DNA of 64,000 nucleotides from Oopsacas minuta (lineage: Eukaryota > Animalia > Porifera), in NCBI GenBank assembly GCA_024704765.1, contig JAKMXF010000233.1, positions 558,001 to 622,000 of the forward strand, written 5' to 3'. Position 1 is the first letter of the stretch; every line of letters begins with the position of its first letter. This document shows, piece by piece, positions 49,601 to 60,487 of this stretch. The notes below the pieces were generated by a model, which made no database searches, was not told the origin of the DNA, and saw only the letters and a program-made list of their open reading frames with translations. The translations under genes and the position numbers were made by a program.

Positions 49601-52600
49601 CTAATATATTAATAAACTAATATCTGGGGTTATATAAGGTGTGAAAATATGATTAATATAGATTTGTCTATAGCGTATAACACCATTTCTTCCTACATCT
49701 CAATCAGCTGTTCAGAGTATTCTGCAAAATAGTAACAAAGATGGACTCACTATTGATTCTGTTGTTTTAAATAATGTAAGTAGTAAACAAATACAAATAC
49801 AATAATAAACAAACAAGCAATTTATATACATATTCTCTCTCATAGCAAGACCTCTCCTGTCTCCCAAAATTCATAGACCTGCCCCCTATCTTACCAGAGG
49901 GCCTAGAGGAACTTGGTCCTGAGTTCTACTCAGCTTCAGAGGGACAATTCTACTCAGCACTAACAACAGAAATGGGTAGAGTAGCATTATTAGCACTTTC
50001 TTTCAAAGGATTCATGATATGCCTGAAGGAGCTGTATCTTAATTATTTGAGCCATGCAGGTAACAGACATACTATGAAGTTTAAGATGAGAAAGTTAGTT
50101 CAGTTCCATAATATGATTTGTATTTTTATTCTGTAAATAATAGTGCATTTTAATACTTACACAAACACACTTAGTGCCTTCAAATATAGTGCCTACAAAT
50201 ATAGTGCCTTCAAATATAGTGCCTCCAAATATAGTGCCTTCAAATATAGTGCCTACAAATATAGTGCCTTCAAATATAGTGCCTCCAAATATAGTGCCTC
50301 CAAATATAGTGCCTCCAAATATAGTGCCTTCAAATATAGTGCCTCCAAATATAGTGCCTCCAAATATAGTGCCTTCAAATATAGTGCCTACAAATATAGT
50401 GCCTTCAAATATAGTGCCTCCAAATATAGTGCCTTCAAATATAGTGCCTCCAAATATAGTGCCTCCAAATATAGTGCCTCCAAATATAGTGCCTCCAAAT
50501 ATAGTGCCTCCAAATATAGTGCCTCCAAATATAGTGCCTCCAAATATAGTGCCTCCAAATATAGTGCCTTCAAATATAGTGCCTTCATATTCAGCTGTTG
50601 GCACAGTTGATAATTTTCGGTTTTGCTATATTTATTGATATATGTTATGGAACTTGAACCTTGAGGTCCGGGAAATGTCCGATTGACATCACAATTGGTA
50701 CATGGGTACATTTTAGGTGTTAATGTGTACCTAAATTTTGCAATTTCTGAGTTAGTATTTTCACACCTTTTTGACGATTAATCATATTCCAAATTATTTT
50801 CCTAAAATAAACAACGTGTAGTGGGAATTTTTATGATGTTAAGTAACAGATACAAATTGTGATTAATCATATTTTAACACCTCTCCAGATTAGGTATAAC
50901 AAGCATGAAAGCGACCAGTTGGCAAAGACATAAATTAGTGGACCTAAAAGCTCTTCCTAGTCTCTGTTCCATTTGTGGATTAATAACATTATCAGAAGCT
51001 AAGAGATTATGCTCTGCTTATAAGTTCTCATTTCCTAACACCTTAGATAATCTAATTAGTCTTACAGATAAGAAATGTAAAAATAGATTATTTGTGTCAA
51101 TACCTCTCAGTGTTTTGGAGGTTAAACCAAAATCTCCTTCAGGTTTGTTTGTTTGTTTGCTTGCTTGTTCGTTTATGTAATTTGTTTGCTTGTTTGCTTG
51201 ATTGTTTACTTACTTGATTGTATATTTGTTTGTTTATTTAGAAAACACAGTCAAATCTGAAATATCAAGTGGAGATGAGAGCGAGACAAGAATTACTAAC
51301 GGACAATATCAAAGTGTCAAAAAAATCACATATGCTAAAGAAGAGGTAAACAAAATACGTCATAATGTTCTCTCCATTTTAACAATTTTAACCAATAGAA
51401 TGCTAAAGTTATGAAGATGTATCTTGCCCAACAACCACTTAACAACTTTGCTACGCCTACTCGCGCGCCTAAAACTACAAAACCTAACCTTAGCAACGCA
51501 ATAGGTACAAAGAAATGCAAAGAATGTGGCCTTGTCCAATCAAGATTTGCTAAGAAATGCTCTCAATGTCATGCCTACCTCCAGGGGTCTCCCTGTCCGA
51601 AGTGTGAAAAATTGAATATAGCGTATTATAGTCACTGCTATTCCTGCTTTACTAAACTTGATAGAAGTAGAAGTGATGACGTAATCAAGCCTAGAGGGTT
51701 AGTTCCAGTTAGATTGCTTCGTATTCTTACCATCCTAATTATATTAAGTGTGAGTATCACATGATTAATCATATTTTCACACCTTTTGGTGAATATTTCA
51801 AAGTTGTCCTAGAGATTAGCTTCCACTGTTAATTAGAGGTAAACAGGGACGGAAAATTAGATTTTGACACTTCCAAATGTCTATCATGAGTATTGACACA
51901 CAATATTAACATTCTTTGCAAAAATAGTTATTGGTTGTTTCCTATAGTCGTATATCAAAGAAGAAGCTTGGAATGTTACCAAACCCTTTAGTTCCAGTTC
52001 TAGTTCCAGATAAACAAAATAGAACTAACACTCCACCAGTTCAAGTTTCATGTATCCGTTGTGGGAAAATAAAAAATACAGGAAAATTCAACTGTCTTAG
52101 ATGTGGAACTATGTTTAAAGTTAGTTCCAGTAAGAAACATGACAACCAAGATGGCCCACAGGAAAGTACTACTATGGAAGATGAATTCTATAATTCTCAT
52201 TCAGGTATGTTATTGCCACAAAAGGTGTGAAAATATGAATATTTAATGCATTTTTTAGATTTGAAGATTGTACTAGAATTATTTGAAAGTTTAAAAGAAC
52301 TGGATTTGGTTTCAGTTCTGGTTCCACTTGTATCTAAAATTAGAACTGAGACCCTGGAAGCAATAGAGAGACAGGAACAGCTGCTTAATGGTATGATTAT
52401 TTACATTTTAACACCCTTGGACAGAGGACATAACATATAATCACATACCACATTCCATGAATCATAGCATTCTATACATGAATATATTCACCAACTCCCT
52501 AACATCCTTCTGTGACGTGAAATGTCCCAGTTTCCATGGTTACCTCGTTGGTATTCGGCTACAACCCTCAGCGAGGGAGGGTATCATTGAAGGGGCTACT

Positions 52601-52896
52601 ATTATGACTTAATTGTTAAATGCTTTCCATATTTTCACACCTTTTTAACAGGTTTGGAAAGTCAAAAGATAACAACTTTGACACAATCAACAGCTGTTAA
52701 TGAAAAAGAAAAATTAGAATCCAAAATCGCAAAATTGAACGAACAACTCTCTGCCACATCTCAAGAAATAGCAATCACAAATCAACAAATACAAACAAAC
52801 AAACAAATTCTGTTACACAAAGACAACAAAATTATTGAGAAAAGACACTGCGTCAATGATTGTGAAAAATTTCTACTCATGCTACCCAGACCGTAA
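46621..52896 (+). CDS. Large multi-exon nuclear-type protein: N-terminal C4 zinc finger, two clear and one possible Ski/Sno/Dach-like domains, zinc ribbons, C-terminal coiled coil
   Basis: WECTQC...CTLC; LDGQDIILLMKGGEPHL...IDCTNTQLEVRMLREFG...RCLLFSLSD (48479-48623 + 48834-48987); ALSFKGFMICLKELY...ATSWQRHKL...ICGLITLSEAKRLC (49846-50093 + 50889 onward); CKEC/CSQC/CPKC/CYSC/CIRC/CLRC; coiled-coil last exon to 52896; some internal junctions uncertain. Confidence 0.65.
50172..50590. repeat. Intronic 15-bp minisatellite tagtgcct(t/c/a)caaata, 27 full units plus one imperfect
   Basis: Exact 15-nt period; one variable position. Confidence 0.97.
51762..51836. repeat. About 75-bp dispersed repeat, inverted copy at 55031-55101
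   Basis: atgattaatcatattttcacaccttttggtgaatatt...gattagcttccactgttaatta in both places, opposite orientation. Confidence 0.8.
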
Positions 52897-53429
52897 ATCA
52901 TCACTTCTATAATAATACATAATATTTATCGCATTTTTAATGTATAATTGGTTGCTATGTCTGCATTAGAGTGTATTTACACATATTTGTTTGTATATTC
53001 GTTGTCAAGCAAGTAATGATTAAATTTATTAATATAATATGAAGTTTAGATTCATCGCGAAAAGGCAATCTTATTGGTTCAATACTGGATTCAAAGGTGT
53101 GAAATCTAAACAAATATAATTCTAAAACAACAAACAACAAATATTAAAGAAATAATTAAAATAGGAAATTTGATATTTTGTTATTGCAAATTATACAAAA
53201 TAAGTTTACTGAGAGAGAACTTTCAATCACATTCCTTACAGTATCCTAGCAACGAGACACAATAACAAACACCTGCATAACCTCGTGTTTATTCTAACAA
53301 GAAATATACTCACATCATCTGATTATTGTTGTTTGTTTACTTGTTATTCACACATTAATATTACAGATATAAGTACACAAGATATCCCTAGCAACCAATT
53401 CATAACTCAACTATTCTACAATTATCAAA

Positions 53430-54659
53430 ATGGCAGAAGGTTACGCAATCGCCCCTCAAGTCGTAGACCCCATAGAGACACACATCAACTACACAATAGA
53501 TGGTCTCATAGAGCTACTGAATGTCCGTAGAGTTCAGCTACTGGAGCTAGTCCGCAATACACGGGAGGAGAAGAGAGCAGCAGAGATCGCTCGACAACAA
53601 ATGATCGACCAACTGAACGAGGCACAAGCACAACTCCAAGGAATATTAAGAGAAAATCCCCTCCAGTCCATGAGGGAGAGAATTGTCCAAGAAATGGAGG
53701 ACAAAATGAGAGACCTACGAAACAACATTCCCGTAGAGACACAATTAAAGTGGCAGTGTGACACACGTGAACTAGAAATGAACATTTCCCGTCTAGGAGA
53801 AATCGTACAGGTACCAGTAGGAGTACCAGATTATGCTACATTCCAAACGTCCACTGTTGCTACTGGGAAAGAAGGTTCAGGTCCTGGCGAGTTGAATTGG
53901 CCATTAGGTGTAGCTATACATGAAGATACACACCAAATATTCGTAGCTAATTATAGCAATCACAGAGTAGAGATATTCTCTGATACAGGAGAGTACCTTA
54001 ATCAGCTGGGTGGAGGACAGCTGTCTTACCCATGGGGTATAGCTATACACAGAGAGAATGTGTATGTCAGCTGCTTGGGAGATCACACTGTAACCCAATT
54101 CACACTAACTGACATGAGTGTTGTTAGGAAGATAGGAGGTAGGGGATCAAACAACGGACAATTCAATAATCATAGACAACTAACAACAGATCCCATCGGT
54201 CACGTGTTTATAGCAGATACCCGTAACAACAGAATCAGCGTACACGACACAGACCTGAACCATCTCCGTAACATTACTCATCAGTCTATGACAAAACCAT
54301 ATGATGTTAAAGTGTCACGTGACCGTGTGTACGTACTGTATCCTGATAACAACCCGTGTATGCACGTGCTAACCCTAGAGGGAGACAAGCTGCACTCCCT
54401 CATTACCTGTGGACAAGGAATGGATGTGTTATGCCCTGTCTTCTTCTGTCTAGATCCACTTAACAACTTTGTTATTAGCGATGAAGGCTCTCACTCAATT
54501 CGGATATTCTCTCCAGAAGGCAATCTCCTACACACGATAGGAACAGAGGGACACCAACAAGGAATGTTATATTACCCCCAAGGAATAGCTATAACTCCAA
54601 ACGGGAGATTAGTTAGTGTGTCAGAGAATGAGAACTACCCTCTACAAATATATTACTAG
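53430..54659 (+). CDS. RING-less coiled-coil + 6xNHL protein, copy B (409 aa, intronless)
   Basis: Same architecture as copies A and C; about 515 bp of upstream DNA shared with copy C. Confidence 0.92.
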   Translation: MAEGYAIAPQVVDPIETHINYTIDGLIELLNVRRVQLLELVRNTREEKRAAEIARQQMIDQLNEAQAQLQGILRENPLQSMRERIVQEMEDKMRDLRNNIPVETQLKWQCDTRELEMNISRLGEIVQVPVGVPDYATFQTSTVATGKEGSGPGELNWPLGVAIHEDTHQIFVANYSNHRVEIFSDTGEYLNQLGGGQLSYPWGIAIHRENVYVSCLGDHTVTQFTLTDMSVVRKIGGRGSNNGQFNNHRQLTTDPIGHVFIADTRNNRISVHDTDLNHLRNITHQSMTKPYDVKVSRDRVYVLYPDNNPCMHVLTLEGDKLHSLITCGQGMDVLCPVFFCLDPLNNFVISDEGSHSIRIFSPEGNLLHTIGTEGHQQGMLYYPQGIAITPNGRLVSVSENENYPLQIYY

Positions 54660-54930
54660 ATTGTTTGTTTGTTTGTTTGTTTGTTTGTTTGTTTATTTGT
54701 TTATTTGTGAATAAAAATTCCGAATTTCAAATTGCTAAAATATATTTATTCAATCCCCGAATAGGTGGCGGGGGCAACTAACACCTCTAATTGAATACTT
54801 GTTTATACATAATAATCTTGCCAAATATACAAACAATAAAATTCAAATATTAGCAATAAATAAATATTCATATTTGGTGATTTGTTGAGGTGTTAATGTT
54901 TAATCGTTTGAATGTTTAACCAATCATTCA

Positions 54931-57900
54931 TCAGGTCATTACAGATGTAATCGCTGTAATCCATTTCTTTGTTTCATCTAAAAATAGAATTATTATGATA
55001 GATATTTGGAAGTGACAAAATAGAATTCTATAATTAACAGTGGAAGCTAATCTGATGTTTTTTGAATATTCACCAAAAGGTGTGAAAATATGATTAATCA
55101 TATTATAATTAGTGTATTTTACTGTATCTAAACTAACAAATCTGATAGGTTGACAATTTGTTATATTTCTATTTTCCTGATTGCTTACGAATATTTGTGT
55201 GATTAATCATATGTACAGTCATGATGATTGTTATAAATATGTGTATATGTATATTTTGACACCTAATTATATACCATTAGCACTTGCAGTGAAGAAATAT
55301 GTCTTAGCTGTTGTAGTGAGTGAAAAGGAGAGCTGACACTCTAAACCATCCTAAAAGATGAGAGAAAATATAAATTAGAAATGGGTCCACAAATCCGTAT
55401 AGAGTACACGAGTGAGAAGGTGTGAACATCTGTTTATATACTCCCTTATGTAACCAGGAAATTCTGGGTGTCCTTCATGGCCGCTAAACTGGCATATTTT
55501 GCGCCAGCCAAGCTAAATACACCTCTGCTAGGTGACAACCCATACATTCTGTGTGTTTAGTATCTATAATGTATACGGAACTAGGATATTGTAGCCACTC
55601 AGTATTCAGACTGACACCTCGTGTATGACTATCAGCTGATTCATACATAATATTTATCGCATTTTTAATGTATAATTGGTTGCTATGTCTGCATTAGAGT
55701 GTATTTACACATATTTGTTGGTATATTCGTTGTCAAGCAAGTAATGACTAAAGTTATTAATATTATTAATAAATTATGAAGTTTAGATTCATCGCGAAAA
55801 GGCAATCTTATTGGTTCAATACTGGATTCAAAGGTGTGAAGTCTAAATAAATATAATTTCTAAAAGAACAACAAACAACAAATATTAAAGAAATAATTAA
55901 AATAGGAAATTTGATATTTTGTTATTGCAAATATACAAAATAAGTTTACTGAGAGAGAACTTTCAACCACATTCCTTACAGTATCCTAGCAACGAGACAC
56001 AATAACAAACACCTGCATAACCTCGTGTTTATTCTAACAAGAAATATACTCACATCATCTGATTATTGTTGTTTGTTTACTTGTTATTCACACATTAATA
56101 TTACAGCTATAAATACACAAGATTATCCCTAGCAACCAATTCATAACTCAACTATTCTACAATTATCAAATGGCAGAACGTTACGCAATCGCCACTCAAG
56201 TCGTAGACCCCATAGAGACACACATCAATCACACAATAGATGGTCTCATAGGGTTACTGAATGTCCGTAGAGTTCAGCTACTGGAGTTAGTCCGCAATAC
56301 ACGGGAGGAGAAGAGAGCAGCAGAGATCGCTCAACGCGAAATGATCGACCAACTGAACGAGGCACAGGCACAACTCCAAGGAATATTAAGAGAAAATCCC
56401 CTCCAGTCCATGAGGGAGAGAATTGTCCAAGAAATGGAGGACAAAATGCGAGACCTACGAAACAACATTCCCGTAGAGACACAATTAAAGTGTCATTGCG
56501 ACATACGTGACCTAGAAATGAGCATTTCCCGTTTAGGAGAGATCGTACAGGTACCAGTAGGAGTGCCAGATTATGCTACATTCCAAACGTCCACTGTTGC
56601 TACTGGGAAAGAAGGTTCAGGTCCTGGTGAGTTGATTGGTCCAGTAGGTGTAGCTATACATGAAGATACACACCAAATATTCGTGGCTAATTTTGGCAAT
56701 AACAGAGTAGAGATATTCTCTGACACAGGAGAGTACCTCAATCAGCTGGGTGTAGGACAGCTGTCTTTCCCATGGGGTATAGCTATACACAGAGAGAATG
56801 TGTATGTCAGCTGCTGTGTAGATCACACTGTAACCCAATTCACACTAACTGACATGAGTGTTGTTAGGAAGATAGGAGGTAGGGGATCAAACAACGGACA
56901 ATTCAACTTTCCTTGTCAACTAACAACAGATCCCATTGGTCACGTGTTTATAGCAGATAGAGGTAACAGCAGAATCAACGTACACGACACAGACTTGAAC
57001 CATCTCCGTAACATTACTCATCAGTCTATGACAAAACCATATGATGTTAAAGTGTCACGTGACCGCGTGTACGTACTGTGTCCTGATAACAACCCGTGTA
57101 TGCACGTGCTAACCCTAGAGGGAGACAAGCTGCACTCCCTCATTACCTGTGGACAAGGAATGGATGAGTTACGCCCTTTCTTCTTCTGTCTAGATCCACT
57201 TAACAACTTTGTTATTAGCGATGAAGGCTCTCACTCAATTCGGATATTCTCTCCAGAAGGCAATCTCCTACACACGATAGGAACAGAGGGACACCAACAA
57301 GGAATGTTATATTACCCCCAAGGAATAGCTATAACTCCAAACGGGAGATTAGTTAGTATATCATGGAATGTGAACTACCCTCTACAAATATATTACTAGT
57401 TTGTTTGTTTGTGAATAAAAATTCCGAATTTCAAATTCCTAAAATATATTTATTCAATCCCCGAATATGTATTGCGTGTACATATTAACATATGGCAGGG
57501 GGTAATACATAATATCAGCTGATTCATACATAATACTGACCAATAGGAAAGTGTTTATTTCTCTTATTTTTATTGTAGGTATTGTTAGCCAAGGTTGATC
57601 TTCCTACACAAAATAAATAAATAAACAGAAAAATAAACAACTAATTTGTTTATGATAGTTTATTAATACCTTTGATTGATATAATTTAAGTGTGAAAAGG
57701 TTAAGAACTGCAAACCAAGTAGACAATTCATTTCTACAAAACAACAACAACAATAATAACATTTGTGAAATATACAAATACAAACAACTCACGTCTTTGG
57801 ATTTCTTTTCCATAATTTTCCTTGACAGACAATATTCTAAAGAGTCAATTAACAGGTGTGAATATTACATATACGCTCTGTACTCCTTGGTTGTCCACGG

Positions 57901-59420
57901 AGGACAGCAAGGAGTACACATTGGTAAAAGTGGACTACTCTAACCTCCAATTCAGGTTTATTTCTTGGCTTGGGTTTAGGTGGAAGATCAGGGCGGGTAA
58001 ATCGCATATGTTTTTTGTTAAATGAAGAAACAGCTGTTAATTTGTTAGTATGCATATCTTTTGCTCCACCAATAGGATTTGGGGGTTGAATTATGTGTTC
58101 TAGTGAATTCCTGTCTGTTTCCATGGTTACTTGGGAAGGATTTATAGTTGTTTTCTTGAAGTTATTTAGAATTGGTAACTAGGAAAATTGCAAAGAATTT
58201 AATTATTTACATACCATACAATTTGCATAGCAACGCATACATACCTTGGGATTTTGTCGCACCGGTAGTGGAGGTGTCATTGGTTCTTTTTTCGCGACAC
58301 CAAACAATTTATCTCCTTGACTACGAGTTCTTAAGTTTGGAATGCTGACATTCAATGTTTCTAAAGTGTAACAAAGATTTTCGTAACATATGACGTCATT
58401 GCTCGAGTATTACTTTATAACACTTACTTGTACTAATTTTAGAACTCTTAGGCATCATAATCGGGTTGTTAGGGTGAAATGCTTGGAATGTTGGTTTAGC
58501 AGGGGGTGGAGGAGGGGGCTTATCGGGACGGGGTACCCTGGGTGGTCCCCTAAAGGATTGAGACCTCCCAGAGTAATTCCTTTGAAAATAAGGTGTTGAG
58601 CTGATTATCTCTAACGACGATAAACACTCATTGGAATTGTGAATACTTTCACATGATAATTTCCTCTCATCACTATGGTGACCAATTCGGTTGTTAGGAA
58701 TGTTCAGGCTGTTAGATGGTGAGTGAGGTGGCAGAGGTGGAGCTTGATTGTGTCCTGATAATGGTTTGGGTCGAATAGGTGGAGGATGGCGTATTGGTGT
58801 TTTTCTATTTGGGACTATCACCTTTTCTGGAACTATGTCATACGTATCTGTCCTATTCTTCTGTGGAATGTTATCAAAGTTTGAAATCTGTTTGATCTTA
58901 AACGGAACTGAAATTGGTTTCAGTTCCGGTTTATGTATAACAGGAACTATATTATTAGAAGAAATATCATGTGTAGATTTAGATTTTAAAATTTCCTCTT
59001 TTTTCCGCTGAGATTTTGGTACAACCTTAGCGTACAGTCTAGGGTGCATATTATACTCCTCTTGGTCCAATTCTTTAGATGAATATGTTCTTATTTTAGA
59101 GTAAACAGTTGGTTGTGTTACGGTATGTAATGAAATTCTATAATTAGTATCATTACATTCCATTCTATTCATTTTAGAGAAATCTAAGTCAGCATAGGTG
59201 CTTACCATCCTTGGGTCACGGTCTGTGGTACTATGTCTCCTCATGAATGGGACTTTTATGTCCGCATAATTTGCACGAGAGAAATTGTCCTGGTGTATTT
59301 TATCTGTGTGGTTTGTTTGACTGAAATCTATGAGTAGATATGTGCCCTCTGTCTCCATATGCTTGACACCTCTGATATCAGAGTAAGTTGATTGGTTGAA
59401 CAAGGAAGAATGGATTTCCT
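54931..59420 (-). CDS. Tyr/Pro-rich adaptor with C-terminal PH domain; 5' end unresolved
   Basis: Large exon about 59420-58420; PH domain assembled in phase from exons 57836-57793, 57733-57670, 57603-57541, 55350-55275, 54977-54931: NIVCQGKLWKRNPKTNELSTWFAVLNLFTLKLYQSKEDQPWLTIPTIKIREINTFLLDGLECQLSFSLTTTAKTYFFTASANDETKKWITAITSVMT*. Confidence 0.8.
55630..57535 (+). mobile_element. 1.86-kb inserted NHL gene cassette (55653-57512) flanked by an exact 23-bp direct repeat
   Basis: tatcagctgattcatacataata at 55630-55652 and 57513-57535; removing the insert leaves a 307-bp intron in the PH gene. Confidence 0.75.
56170..57399 (+). CDS. RING-less coiled-coil + 6xNHL protein, copy C (409 aa, intronless), nested antisense in intron 57540-55351 of the PH adaptor gene
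   Basis: Same architecture as copies A and B; AATAAA at about 57414. Confidence 0.92.
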   Translation: MAERYAIATQVVDPIETHINHTIDGLIGLLNVRRVQLLELVRNTREEKRAAEIAQREMIDQLNEAQAQLQGILRENPLQSMRERIVQEMEDKMRDLRNNIPVETQLKCHCDIRDLEMSISRLGEIVQVPVGVPDYATFQTSTVATGKEGSGPGELIGPVGVAIHEDTHQIFVANFGNNRVEIFSDTGEYLNQLGVGQLSFPWGIAIHRENVYVSCCVDHTVTQFTLTDMSVVRKIGGRGSNNGQFNFPCQLTTDPIGHVFIADRGNSRINVHDTDLNHLRNITHQSMTKPYDVKVSRDRVYVLCPDNNPCMHVLTLEGDKLHSLITCGQGMDELRPFFFCLDPLNNFVISDEGSHSIRIFSPEGNLLHTIGTEGHQQGMLYYPQGIAITPNGRLVSISWNVNYPLQIYY

Positions 59421-60487
59421 ACAAATATACAAAGTTATAAATAATGTAAACAACAACAAATAACAGAAATTTAGTAAGATTGAATATACATTTTTGGTGA
59501 AAAGTCTAGTGTCAAATATTTGTAGACAAGATCCGTATAATATGAATATAAAATGTGACACAATGAACCACCAAATTATCCAATATTTTTATTACAAACA
59601 ATCCTCTATAACCATTCCCTGATTATCATATCAAATATCCCCGCGCGTTTTTACAGAAATCTCCCGCTCGTTTTTATAGAAATTACGTAGATTCACCAAT
59701 GAAATTCAACCGCCAATTATCAGAAAACACCCGCCAAATACTCATAAAATAATTACAAGTACATAATTGGCGCGATTTTCTAAATGGCGCTTAAATATGT
59801 ATGCCTATAACTTACTGAGCTGTTCATTGGCGCCAAATTAATTTGTGCATATCCGTTCTCCATCAAAAGACTTTATATAGTCTTTCTTTGTGACTAATTA
59901 GATTAGCGATTGGCACTTATTAGCTTCTCCAAGCTGAGAACCTAGAAGCCAATTGGTCAATCAAATCCTTTGTTCTATAATGCAACGAATTCTAGGAGAA
60001 TCAAAGTCCGAGTGGCACCAATGTGTCACAAATTAAGGCTTTTCAACATTTACGATAATTAGAACATACTGTTTATTAGATTGATAGTAATATGAGTGTA
60101 TTTTCAACCTTTTAAGAGAAGATTTTTTCACAGGACACATTCTAACACCTTTTCATACGTCATGATTATATTCATAATTGTCCCATTGTACAATGAACCC
60201 AGTTCTTATAGAACCAATTACCCCCTTTATATTACTGCCGATTTCACACCTTTTTAGAATATATTATTATAACTCGTATTTTCATATTATTTATATGTGC
60301 ATATTATTTAAAATTTCCTAATAACATAAGCTAGTGTAATATGGAACTATAATTAGAATTGTGTCATAACTGACATGGACATGGTTTCAGCCATAAACAG
60401 AACTGTCAAAAAATGGCCACTATCCCCCTTTTATTGTTTAGTTATATTCGTAATTAGTGTACATTCCACATTCCATATTCCGTTGTC

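Noticed and set aside
50095-50711. Four overlapping repeat-protein ORFs; possible CRISPR-like array
   Set aside because: All arise from a 15-bp intronic minisatellite; there are no unique spacers and no cas genes.
53820-54659. Diversity-generating-retroelement-style adenine mutagenesis of the NHL genes
   Set aside because: Some variable codons fit an AAY template, but others differ at non-A or third positions (tgg/ggt/tgt; tgt/tac/ttc). No invariant template repeat or reverse transcriptase is in the window.
55510-55652. Open minus-strand frame suggesting cassette C interrupted a PH exon
   Set aside because: A complete, in-phase PH domain assembles without it (donor gtcagt at 57540, acceptor at 55351), so the insertion is intronic.
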